NCBI GenBank assembly: GCA_965227295.1
Contig: OZ245742.1
Coordinates: 2,816,001-2,880,000, forward strand
Direction of reading: 5' to 3'
DNA from: Leptonemataceae bacterium
GTDB taxonomy: Bacteria; Spirochaetota; Leptospiria; Leptospirales; Leptonemataceae
DNA: 64,000 nt
Shown here in pieces: positions 33,803-42,924 of this stretch (its first letter is position 1; every line of letters starts with the position of its first letter). The position numbers and the translations under genes were made by a program. The notes beneath the pieces are model-generated. The model was not told the DNA's origin and did no database searches. It was given only the letters and a program-made list of their open reading frames with translations.

Positions 33803-35092
33803 ATGCGAAATCTCAAAACCGCCCGGGGCGTGCAGACGCTCCTCGCAACGGCAATCATCGCCGCGTCGACGGCGGCGCCCCTCAGCGCGCAAAGCATCGG
33901 CGAATTATTCCGGAAGCCCGGCGTCATGGGCGACTCCCTGAGCCAGGGATTCTACGGCGCCAGCGTCGAAAAGAAGACGCAAGATTGGGCGTATCCGGTC
34001 ATCGTCTCAAAACAGGCGAACGCTAACGTTACCTACAACGTACTTAAGGGCCCGTACGTCAACCTCGAGGACTTCCTCAACGGCGACTGCGGCGTCTTCT
34101 GCCTGGGATCGTCGATCCTCGGCGGCAACGAATCCACCGTGGGCACGCCCACGCACGCCGGCATCACCGGTGCCGATTACACGAACGCGCTCTACACCAG
34201 CGGCACGTGCGAAGACATCACCGCGACGAAGTGGGAGAAGGACTGGTACTGGAAGAAGTGGTACTGGTATACGTATCGCTGGGTGCAGGTGCAGGATTGC
34301 CAGGATCCGGATTCGTACCACGAGCACGGTCTGCGGAACTCCGGCACGCAGATGCAAATCATGGAAAAGGTCCAGCCGTCGTTCATCTTCGGCAGTGTCG
34401 GCGCGAACCACGTGCTCTGCACGGCCCTGGCCACGAACCTCGACTGTCTCGACATGAACCGCTGGAAGCGCGACTCGGCCGAGGCCTTCCGTCGTATGCG
34501 GAACATCTCCAGCGTGCGCGGCGGTGTGGTCTTCACCGTGCCGAACGTTACGGCCATCTACTACGTGGAGCCCTACACCGATCCCAACGGTCGTTCGAAC
34601 TACAGCGGCCTCAAGGCCTTCTACAACACCAGCGTGGGCAGCCCGTCCGAGGTGCTCGACGCGAACGAGGTCGGCCAGATCACGAGTTTCCTGACCACGA
34701 TCAACAACGATCTTAAGAGCTACGCCGCTTCCAACAACTACGCCATCGTCGATGCTAAGGTAATCTTCGACGACATTAAAGAAAACGGTCGCCGCATTGC
34801 GCACAGCAGCGGTTGGTCCCCGGGCAACGCCGGCGCCAACTGGCCGCTTCCCGGCAAGCCGGGCATCTTCGGCCTCGACGGCGTGCATCCGAACCGCTAC
34901 GGCCACGCGGTCCTCGCCAACGAGCTCATCGCCGCCATCAACGGCGAGTACGGCGTGTCGATCCCGAAAGTGGACGAGTACGCGGCCTGGTACTACGATT
35001 CGCTGAACCGCAATCCCATCGACCTGAAGGGTTACCTCAGCGACAACATCTTCGGCCAGATTATCAGCTTCATCATTAACATCTTCGTGTAA
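33803..35092 (+). CDS. Secreted SGNH/GDSL-like hydrolase
   Basis: AGGAG RBS, signal peptide (LSA-Q), GDSLSQG, GAN, DGVHP. Confidence 0.8.
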   Translation: MRNLKTARGVQTLLATAIIAASTAAPLSAQSIGELFRKPGVMGDSLSQGFYGASVEKKTQDWAYPVIVSKQANANVTYNVLKGPYVNLEDFLNGDCGVFCLGSSILGGNESTVGTPTHAGITGADYTNALYTSGTCEDITATKWEKDWYWKKWYWYTYRWVQVQDCQDPDSYHEHGLRNSGTQMQIMEKVQPSFIFGSVGANHVLCTALATNLDCLDMNRWKRDSAEAFRRMRNISSVRGGVVFTVPNVTAIYYVEPYTDPNGRSNYSGLKAFYNTSVGSPSEVLDANEVGQITSFLTTINNDLKSYAASNNYAIVDAKVIFDDIKENGRRIAHSSGWSPGNAGANWPLPGKPGIFGLDGVHPNRYGHAVLANELIAAINGEYGVSIPKVDEYAAWYYDSLNRNPIDLKGYLSDNIFGQIISFIINIFV

Positions 35093-35115
35093 GATGTTAA
35101 TGTTCTTCACGAACC

Positions 35116-35154
35116 AAAGCCGCGCTCCGGGAAACCGGGCGCGGCCTTTCTTTT
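35116..35154. terminator. Probable bidirectional terminator
   Basis: AAAGCCGCGCTCCGG-GAAA-CCGGGCGCGGCCTTTCTTTT between convergent genes. Confidence 0.8.
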
Positions 35155-35169
35155 GCTGGAGTTCCGCGT

Positions 35170-37494
35170 TTATTGCAGCACGAATTCGCGCGAATAACCG
35201 GTGAACTTCTCGTAGCCCGTCCAGAAGAAGTACCAGCGCTTCGCGAGTCCGTTGTAACGAATGCGGTAGGTCCCCGGTTGCTGGTTGCGCACGAGCCAGG
35301 TGGCCGTGGCGAACGACTGATCCGACAGACTGCTGGAACCGCCGTTGCGTTCCCAGTCGAAGGCCGTGTAGGGATCGCCGTCCGTGGCGATGGTCTGCCA
35401 GTCGGAGCCGACTTTCTTCTGTACTTCAAGGAAGGTGTAGCTGTCCGGATCGTAGTACTGCGACAGCGAGCCGTCCATCTTCTTCACGAGCACCGTGCGT
35501 GGATGCGCGGCCTGGAAGCGCACGCTCACCGTGTCGTGGTCTTTCGAGTAGCTCGCCGCGGCGTCCTGCACGGCGTTGCCGAAGTTGCCGCCGTCCGTTA
35601 CGACTCCGTTGCTGGAAACCCAGGTTTCGATCAACTGCATCGTGGAAAGATCGGGCGGATTGGGTCCGGGATCGGCCGGTGTGTTTGCGGCCAGGTGGCC
35701 GGCCAGGCGATCCAGTTCCTGGGCTACGGCCGCCTCGGCGAACGGGCCGTAGATCGTAAAAGCGCCTTCGAAATGCTGCGCGGCGTACTCTTCGCGCGTC
35801 GTAAGGTACTGTCCGTAAGAGTTAGCCATGCCGGCGAGCACGAGATTCGCAACACCGGCGTTTGCAAGATTCGCGCTCACCGCGTCTTTGAGTCGGCGGC
35901 CGGTCATTGTCGTTACCTCGAACGGTGTGCCGAGAACACCGATGTCGCCGATGCGAATGATCTGCAACGGAATGACCACCGGTACGAACGGTGTGTTCGG
36001 ATTCGGAAACCAGAAATCATCCACCTCACCGACGGGCAACAGGGCGAACTTCTCTTTGTGACACTGGTCGTACTGATTCGTCTGTAACACGGCCGCGGCC
36101 AGCGGCCAGAGCGGTCCGAGGAACGCGGCAATGCCGTCGCCGTCGAGATCGTTGAAGTCGTACTTCGTTTGTACCCACTGTCCGTTTTCGTAGCTGTAGG
36201 TGTTCTTGATTTCACCCTCGGCCGCGAATTCCACGGGCGCGCCTTCTTCGTCGCCGGCCAGGAAACCCGCGCCGACCACGCCGACGCACGAGGCGGCCGT
36301 GGCGCTGTTGATCTCGTTATCCCAGGGCATGTAGTTCGTGCTGATGTAGCTGTTCGCCACGTCCACGTCGTTGAAGTTCACGTGACTGTGACGCACGTCC
36401 AGCGCGACCGGCACGCTCGTGTTCGCGGCGTTGTAGAGTTGCAGCGCCGCAACGGCCTGGCGTTCTCCGGCCACGATGGGATTTTCCTGGGCGTCGAGGC
36501 TTGCGTCGAGATCACTCGGCCGCAGGAACGGGAGCGTAATGTCCGTGGGATTCGGAATGTTCGGGCTTACATCGCCCATGGCGCCCTGAGCGAACGCGGC
36601 GACGAAGTTCCCGCCTTTCATTTTTTCGATCTTGTACGACGCGTAACCTTTGTTGTCGCCGTGAATGCGACGGTTCGCGATGTCCAGCGACGTTCCGTGT
36701 ACGGCGAACCAGTTGATGAGGCCGATCTCGGTACCGTCGAGCGCGTCGAAGCGCAGGAGCGTCATCTCCGCGTCGACGTTGTCCGAAAAACTGCCGGCGT
36801 CCGAGTTCTGGTCGTAGGCGATGGACGAACGATTGTAGGCGGCGTTGCTGACCGTGCCGGAAGCGTATTGAATGCTCGCGGCCTGGCGATTGTTGTAAGC
36901 ATCGATGATGGACTGCGTGATGCCGCGGACCACTACCTCGTAGTGCAGTTCGTCGAAGCCGGTGACGCCGTTGAACAGATTAAAGAGTGTATACCACGAG
37001 ATGTTCGACGTGGCCGCGTGGGTATGCGTGGCCGTGAGCATCACGTTTTCCGTATCGAACAATGAACCGTAGCCGAGGGTTGCCAGGCGTTTCACCACGC
37101 CGACCTTCACGCTCTGATACATGTGCAGTTGATCGGCGCTGACCAGGGCCACCATGCCCGTGCCCGGTTGTTCAATCACGAACGCGCGGCTGTACAGGCG
37201 CATGGCCAGGCCGGACATTTCGTCACCAGGGCTGTTGTAACCGGTGCTGGACTGAACGAACGGACCGGTGATGTCCGATTTTGCCGCGCCGACGTTGTAG
37301 GTAGACGGGCTTGTGGAAAGGCTGCGGCCCTGCAGGACCTGGCCTTGAATGATTTCCTGCGCAGCATCGACCGCGCCGGCATCGCCGCGCAGGGCGTTCT
37401 CTGTCGCGCCTTCACAGGCATTGAAGACGAGCAGGGCGCCGGCCGCAACGTAAACGCCGCGCCTTCGCAGGGATTGAAAAAACTGAGCTAACAT
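35170..37494 (-). CDS. Neutral/alkaline ceramidase, exported (lipoprotein-like signal)
   Basis: DITGP, RLYSRAF, ATHTHA, NWFAVHGTS, GDNKGYA, GDVSPN, FEVTTMTGRR, NSYGQYLTTREEY...EGAFTIYG; signal ending VFNAC. Confidence 0.92.
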   Translation of the reverse strand: MLAQFFQSLRRRGVYVAAGALLVFNACEGATENALRGDAGAVDAAQEIIQGQVLQGRSLSTSPSTYNVGAAKSDITGPFVQSSTGYNSPGDEMSGLAMRLYSRAFVIEQPGTGMVALVSADQLHMYQSVKVGVVKRLATLGYGSLFDTENVMLTATHTHAATSNISWYTLFNLFNGVTGFDELHYEVVVRGITQSIIDAYNNRQAASIQYASGTVSNAAYNRSSIAYDQNSDAGSFSDNVDAEMTLLRFDALDGTEIGLINWFAVHGTSLDIANRRIHGDNKGYASYKIEKMKGGNFVAAFAQGAMGDVSPNIPNPTDITLPFLRPSDLDASLDAQENPIVAGERQAVAALQLYNAANTSVPVALDVRHSHVNFNDVDVANSYISTNYMPWDNEINSATAASCVGVVGAGFLAGDEEGAPVEFAAEGEIKNTYSYENGQWVQTKYDFNDLDGDGIAAFLGPLWPLAAAVLQTNQYDQCHKEKFALLPVGEVDDFWFPNPNTPFVPVVIPLQIIRIGDIGVLGTPFEVTTMTGRRLKDAVSANLANAGVANLVLAGMANSYGQYLTTREEYAAQHFEGAFTIYGPFAEAAVAQELDRLAGHLAANTPADPGPNPPDLSTMQLIETWVSSNGVVTDGGNFGNAVQDAAASYSKDHDTVSVRFQAAHPRTVLVKKMDGSLSQYYDPDSYTFLEVQKKVGSDWQTIATDGDPYTAFDWERNGGSSSLSDQSFATATWLVRNQQPGTYRIRYNGLAKRWYFFWTGYEKFTGYSREFVLQ

Positions 37495-37551
37495 GAGCTT
37501 TCTCCTGGGATTCGTAAAATTTCTCTGAACGTAAGTTTATATATGTAAACA

Positions 37552-38244
37552 TTAGTTGCCGGAGTCTTCGAGCAGCGGCTCGCGGGGCTCCAGGTGTTCC
37601 GGCAGGTAGCTGCGCAGGTAGGCCACGGCGGCCCGCCCGGCCTCGCGAATGAGATCGTTGGTGATCTCTCCGTGCTCGCGAAAGGACAGCCGGAAGACGG
37701 AATCGATGATGGCGAAGGCGATGGCCACGGACTGTTCGCGCTGCGGCCACACGGGAACGTGGAAGCGTTCTTCCAGGCGCTCCAGAACGATGCGGGCGAT
37801 CTTCGCATCCACGGACTTGCCGACGTCCCGGGTTTCGGTGACGCCGCCGTTCATGCCGTAGATCAAACGCATGAGGGCCGGGTCTTCCCGGGTAATCTGC
37901 GCGCCCACGCTGATGAGGCAGCGCAGATAATCCTGCCAGGTGCGAAAACGTCGCGCGTCCACCTCGGCCAGGGCGTCCGCGAGGACCTCGGCATGAAAGA
38001 GCCGCAGACCCAGAAAGAGCGCCCCTATATTAGGAAAGAAATGATACGCCGAAGCCCGGGGGATACCGGCCCGCTCGCAGGCCAGGGCAAACGTCACTTC
38101 TTCCGGCGGCAATTCCCGCAGCAATTCCCGGGTGGCGCTGAGCAGCTCCGTACGGCGGCTCCGGCCCTGCTGGGAGGTGAATTTGAACTTTTTCTGGCTC
38201 AAATCCGGCGAAAGCGAGGCGTCCATGATCCGTTCGTCGTTCAT
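37552..38244 (-). CDS. TetR/AcrR family transcriptional regulator
   Basis: VTFALACERAGIPRASAYHFFPN helix-turn-helix. Confidence 0.93.
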   Translation of the reverse strand: MNDERIMDASLSPDLSQKKFKFTSQQGRSRRTELLSATRELLRELPPEEVTFALACERAGIPRASAYHFFPNIGALFLGLRLFHAEVLADALAEVDARRFRTWQDYLRCLISVGAQITREDPALMRLIYGMNGGVTETRDVGKSVDAKIARIVLERLEERFHVPVWPQREQSVAIAFAIIDSVFRLSFREHGEITNDLIREAGRAAVAYLRSYLPEHLEPREPLLEDSGN

Positions 38245-38247
38245 ATG

Positions 38248-38365
38248 ATCGACTTTTGTCGGGTTACGAGAAATATTTCAACCAGAAAACGGATAGAAGT
38301 CGGTTTTTTAATCGACAAAAGTTGATTTATGTGCAGAATCTGATCTGCGAGTCGACAAAAGTCGG
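38248..38365. promoter_or_regulatory. Three palindromic operator-like sites (TCGAC-W4-GTYG)
   Basis: ATCGACTTTTGTCGG 38248-38262, ATCGACAAAAGTTGAT 38311-38326, GTCGACAAAAGTCGG 38351-38365, all in the divergent intergenic region. Confidence 0.75.
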
Positions 38366-38387
38366 GTCTCGCGATGCGGAGAAGGAT

Positions 38388-40655
38388 ATGGGCGGCACAC
38401 AGACAGCAAAGGCCATTCTGGCCGTGGATCTCGGGACCTCGGGCTGTAAGGCGGCCCTGGTGGATCGTTCCGGCGCGGTCCTCGGCTGGGCCTACGAACC
38501 CGTGGAACTGCACATTCTGCCGGAGCACGGTGCCGAGCAGAATCCGGAGGACTGGTGGCGGGCTCTCGTAACTTCTACTCGTCGCCTGTTAGCAGAAACC
38601 GGGACGTCGCCGACGGATGTCGCCGCGGTCGCCTGTTCGACCCAGGGCGAGTGCACCGTACCGGTGGACGCCGAAGGCAACGCGCTCATGAACGCCGTCC
38701 TCTGGATGGACATGCGCGGCGAAGATGCCGTTCGTCGTCGCGCGGGCGGGGCGATTCGCGTGGCCGGCTACGGCGCCACGAAGCTGTTGCGCTGGATTCG
38801 ACTTACCGGCGGGGCACCGGCGTTGTCCGGCAAGGACCCGGCGGGCCACATGCTGTTTATTAAAGAAGCGTTCCCCGACATCTACCGGCGTACCTACAAG
38901 TTTCTCAACGCCCTCGACTACATGAACCTGCGCCTTACCGGTCGGTTCACCGCCACACCGGACTCCATCCTCACCTCCTGGGTTACCGACAACCGCAAGC
39001 CCGATCGCATTGCCTATCATCCGTCCCTGCTCAAGCAGAGCGGCATCGATCCGGACAAATTCCCGGAACTCGTCCGCTGTACGGATGTCCTGGGCCCGCT
39101 GCAACCGGCGGCGGCGCAGGAACTCGGCCTCTCCCCGCAGACCGTCGTCGTCGCCGGCGCCATCGACACCACGGCCGCGGCCGTGGGCAGCGGGGCCGTG
39201 GGGGATTACGAACCGCACCTTTACATCGGGACGTCGTCCTGGATTGCCGCCCACGTTCCGTTCAAGAAGACCGACGTCGCCTCCGGTATCGCCTCGGTAC
39301 CCTGCGCGCTCTCGGATCGGTACCTGTTGATCGCCACGCAAACTTCCGCCGGTGGTAACTTAACGTACCTTAAAGAACGCATTCTGTATCATCAGGACGA
39401 ACTTCTACAGGATGAAAACGTTCCCGATGTCTACAAAATCCTGGATCGCATTGCCGAACGTACCCCGGCGGGCAGTCGCGGTTTGCTCTACACCCCGTGG
39501 TTGTACGGTGAACGCTGTCCGGTGGATGAGGGCACGCTGCGCGCGGGCCTGTTCAATCTATCCCTGGAGCATTCCCGGGAGGATGTGATTCGCGCCTTCC
39601 TCGAAGGTGTGGCCCTGAACACGCGCTGGATGTTGAAACCCGTGGAGCGTTTCCTCGGCCGTCCGGTGCGTTCCATCAACATTGCCGGCGGCGGCGGCGT
39701 TTCCCGGGTGTGGTGCCGCATCTTCGCCGACGTCCTCGGCGTTACCATCCGCCAGCTCAAAGAGCCCGTGCAGGCCAATGCCGTGGGCGCGGCCTGGATC
39801 GCCCGGGTGGGCCTCGGAGAAATGAGCTTCGCCGACGTCGCCGGTCGCACGGACATTCGCGAAGAGTTCGTACCGGATGCGGACAACGCTCCCGTATACA
39901 ATCAGGCCTTTCAAAACTTTCAGGAGATTCACCGCCGCCTCGGCCCACTGTATCGAAAGATCAACGCGCCGGAACGCACCAAAACTATGAAACACGCAAA
40001 CAATCCTTCAATTGATATTAGCAAGTTCGACGCCGTGCGCCGCGAAGTCGTGGCGGCGTGTCTGCGCCTGGCCGACATGGGATACCTGGCCGGCATCGGC
40101 GGGAACATGGCCGTGCGCGCCGGGCAGGGCTGCTTCGCCGTGACGCCGTCCGCCGCGGACTACTACAACCTGACGCCCGAGGACATCTGCATCCTGCGCC
40201 TGGACAACCTGGAAAAAATCGCCGGGGACATGCAGCCCTCCGTGGAGAGCGGCCTGCATGCGGCGCTGCTGAACCGCCGCCCGGACCTGAATGCCAGCAT
40301 CCATACGCACCAGCCCGTGGCGAGCGGGGTGGCTTTGCTCGCGGTGCCGCTGCCGGTCGAAGACCCCGAGGCCCGCCAGGCCCTGGGCGATACGATCGTG
40401 CTCACGCCGTACGCCCCGTCCGGCACGACCTGGCTTGCGAAGTCCTTCGCGAAAGTTCTGCGCGACGACGTGAACGGCTATCTGCTTCGCAACCACGGCG
40501 TGGTCTGCGGCGGGCCGGATCTGGAGCAGGCCATCCGCAACGTGGGCTACATCGAGTCCGAGTCCGCCCGATTCTTGCGTGAAGAAATCATCCGGGCCCG
40601 GGGCGCGGACGCCGCCGATAACGCGACGCGCCGGGCCCTGGAAGCCGTTTCGTAA
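38388..40655 (+). CDS. FGGY carbohydrate kinase fused in frame to a class II aldolase (FucA-like)
   Basis: Kinase: DLGTSGCKA, WMDMR, GAIDT, IGTSSW, LYGERCP, AFLEGVA. Aldolase from ATG 39987: GGNM, TPS, PSVESGLH, HTHQP, LRNHGVV. Confidence 0.9.
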   Translation: MGGTQTAKAILAVDLGTSGCKAALVDRSGAVLGWAYEPVELHILPEHGAEQNPEDWWRALVTSTRRLLAETGTSPTDVAAVACSTQGECTVPVDAEGNALMNAVLWMDMRGEDAVRRRAGGAIRVAGYGATKLLRWIRLTGGAPALSGKDPAGHMLFIKEAFPDIYRRTYKFLNALDYMNLRLTGRFTATPDSILTSWVTDNRKPDRIAYHPSLLKQSGIDPDKFPELVRCTDVLGPLQPAAAQELGLSPQTVVVAGAIDTTAAAVGSGAVGDYEPHLYIGTSSWIAAHVPFKKTDVASGIASVPCALSDRYLLIATQTSAGGNLTYLKERILYHQDELLQDENVPDVYKILDRIAERTPAGSRGLLYTPWLYGERCPVDEGTLRAGLFNLSLEHSREDVIRAFLEGVALNTRWMLKPVERFLGRPVRSINIAGGGGVSRVWCRIFADVLGVTIRQLKEPVQANAVGAAWIARVGLGEMSFADVAGRTDIREEFVPDADNAPVYNQAFQNFQEIHRRLGPLYRKINAPERTKTMKHANNPSIDISKFDAVRREVVAACLRLADMGYLAGIGGNMAVRAGQGCFAVTPSAADYYNLTPEDICILRLDNLEKIAGDMQPSVESGLHAALLNRRPDLNASIHTHQPVASGVALLAVPLPVEDPEARQALGDTIVLTPYAPSGTTWLAKSFAKVLRDDVNGYLLRNHGVVCGGPDLEQAIRNVGYIESESARFLREEIIRARGADAADNATRRALEAVS

Positions 40656-40692
40656 TTACAACATCAAACTAACTTAGACTGAGGAAAATCTA

Positions 40693-42177
40693 ATGACCAC
40701 CGCAACCATGGAAACCACGGCGCCGTCCGCGCCGGAAAAAACGCAACAGTACGCCATTTCGGAGTGGCACAACACCGAGGAGATCCTGGCCCGACTCAAG
40801 GAACTGACGAAGGCCCCGCTGCGGCCCATTCGCCGCGACAAAATGAACGAGGTCCTCGAGTACTTCGAAAAAAACTGCCGGCGTTCGAAGGCCATCGCCG
40901 AAGAAGCGGAGCGCTACATTCCCGGCGGCGTACAACACAACCTGGCGTTTAACTATCCCTTTCCCCTGGCCATGGACCGCGCCGAGGGCGCACACCTGCG
41001 CGACGTCGACGGCAACGAGTACATCGACTTCCTGCAGGCCGGCGGGCCCACGCTGCTCGGTTCGAACTATCAACCGGTGCGCAAAAAAATCATAAAACTT
41101 CTAAATGAATGCGGGCCGGTCACCGGTCTCCTGCACGAGTACGAACACAAGCTTGCGGAAATCGTAAGCCGGCACATGCCCGGTGTGGAAATGTTTCGCA
41201 TGCTCGGTTCCGGCACCGAGTCCGTCATGGCCGCCATTCGTCTGGCCCGGGCGTACACCGGAAAGAAGCAGGTCATCAAAATCGGCGGCGGTTATCACGG
41301 CTGGTCCGATCAAATGGTCTACGGCATGCGCATTCCCGGAACCGGACGGCGCGAAGCCGCGGGCATTCCGCGCGGGGCGACGGCGCATACGCAAGAATGT
41401 TTTCCCAACGACATCGGCGCGCTCAAGCGCAAGCTCTGGTTGAATCGTTTGCGCGGCGGCACCGCGGCGGTGATCGTGGAACCGCTGGGTCCGGAGAGCG
41501 GCACGCGTCCGGTCTACTTCGACTACAACCGCCAGTTGCGCGAGGTCTGCGATCAGTTCGGCGCGTTGTTGATCTTCGACGAAGTCGTCACCGGCTTTCG
41601 CCTGGGCCTCGGCGGGGCCCAGGGTTACTTCGGAGTGAATCCTGATTTGACCGTCTTCGGCAAGTGCCTCACCGGCGGTTATCCCATGGCGGGCGGCGTC
41701 GGCGGTCGGCGCGAAGTGATGATGCTCTTCGCCGGCGGTATCAGCTCCATGGGCAAGCGCGCCTTCGTCGGCGGTACCCTTTCCGCGAACCCGCTGTCCT
41801 GCGCGGCCGGTTACTATTCGATCCAGGAAATGGAGCGCACCAACGCCGCGGTGAAAGCCGGCCGCGCCGGGGATCGCCTGTGTCGCGGACTGCAGGAAAT
41901 CGTCGAGCGCCTGAAGCTGCCCTACGTCGTTTATAACCAGGGCTCCATCGTGCACCTCGAAACTTCCGGTGTGTTGCTGTTAAGCATGCGCAATCCCATT
42001 AAGGTGCTGCGCGAAGCCAAAGAGCGCAAACACATGATGGAAGAGATGGGCGCGGCTTACTCGGCGCACGGCATGATCACCCTGGCGGGCAGTCGGATCT
42101 ATACCAGCATGGCCGACACGGACGACATCATCGACGAGGCGTTGAATCGTTTCGAAAGCGTTCTGCAAATGGTCTGA
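40693..42177 (+). CDS. Class III PLP aminotransferase (GSA-aminomutase-like fold)
   Basis: DVDGNEYIDF, SGTESV, GGYHG, LIFDEVVTGFR, FGKCLTGG, GGTLSANP; 494 aa with an N-terminal extension. Confidence 0.92.
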   Translation: MTTATMETTAPSAPEKTQQYAISEWHNTEEILARLKELTKAPLRPIRRDKMNEVLEYFEKNCRRSKAIAEEAERYIPGGVQHNLAFNYPFPLAMDRAEGAHLRDVDGNEYIDFLQAGGPTLLGSNYQPVRKKIIKLLNECGPVTGLLHEYEHKLAEIVSRHMPGVEMFRMLGSGTESVMAAIRLARAYTGKKQVIKIGGGYHGWSDQMVYGMRIPGTGRREAAGIPRGATAHTQECFPNDIGALKRKLWLNRLRGGTAAVIVEPLGPESGTRPVYFDYNRQLREVCDQFGALLIFDEVVTGFRLGLGGAQGYFGVNPDLTVFGKCLTGGYPMAGGVGGRREVMMLFAGGISSMGKRAFVGGTLSANPLSCAAGYYSIQEMERTNAAVKAGRAGDRLCRGLQEIVERLKLPYVVYNQGSIVHLETSGVLLLSMRNPIKVLREAKERKHMMEEMGAAYSAHGMITLAGSRIYTSMADTDDIIDEALNRFESVLQMV

Positions 42178-42205
42178 ACAAAGTACGCAACAAAGGGCAA
42201 ACGTT

Positions 42206-42898
42206 ATGAACTCCACCAACACACTCGCAACCGTCGGCGCCCCGGCCGGACTCTCGCATCCGGAGGTGCGCGCAGGCCTGTTGTCTTCGCTTCGCCGTCT
42301 GCACGATAAGGGGCTGTGCGGCCCCGCCGAAATGAGTCTGTCCCTGCGCATCCCCGGCACCGAGGACATGGCGCTGTTGGTTACGGCCCCGGGAGACGGG
42401 CAGGCGCAGGCCGAGGACATTCGCATCCTTTCCCGGGCGACGCAGTACGACGACGAACAGGCGGACATCCATGCGACGATCTATCGCATGCGTCCCGATG
42501 TCGGTGCCGTGGTCCGCAACCGCCCGCGTTGGGGCAGCGTGCTGCACGATGTAAAACAACCCATGCCGGCGATCTTCGACGAACAGGCCCGGCAGATGGG
42601 CGCTTCGGTGGAACGCCTCGACGGCCGGCTGCAACGTTTGCGTCGCGGCGCGAACGTCTTTCTGTACGGCGGCGACGTGTTGTGCCTGGGCATGACTCGC
42701 GACCGCAGCGTCTTCACCTGCGAGCTGCTGGAGAAGTGCGCCGAGGCTTACGTCCTGGCCACGGCCACGGGGCGCCGCTTGCGGCGCATCCCCTGGTTCG
42801 TTCGACTCATTGCCGGGCGGCGTCTCTTAAAAGACGAGCGCAAGTCCGCGGCGGCTTACGCCCGGGGCGAGGTGCCCACGGGATTTACGGCTTACTGA
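42206..42898 (+). CDS. Class II aldolase/adducin-fold protein, metal ligands degenerate
   Basis: SLSLRIPG, IHATIYRMRPDVGAVV match the family, but HxH reads RNR and NHG reads GGD. Confidence 0.75.
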   Translation: MNSTNTLATVGAPAGLSHPEVRAGLLSSLRRLHDKGLCGPAEMSLSLRIPGTEDMALLVTAPGDGQAQAEDIRILSRATQYDDEQADIHATIYRMRPDVGAVVRNRPRWGSVLHDVKQPMPAIFDEQARQMGASVERLDGRLQRLRRGANVFLYGGDVLCLGMTRDRSVFTCELLEKCAEAYVLATATGRRLRRIPWFVRLIAGRRLLKDERKSAAAYARGEVPTGFTAY

Positions 42899-42924
42899 AA
42901 ACGCGCAACGCAACGGAGACGATC

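Noticed and set aside
38388..39986. xylB (xylulokinase)
   Set aside because: No xylose isomerase or pentose genes nearby; FGGY substrate cannot be read from motifs.
40693..42177. hemL (GSA aminomutase)
   Set aside because: Same fold, but it has an N-terminal extension, a catabolic operon context and no haem genes nearby.
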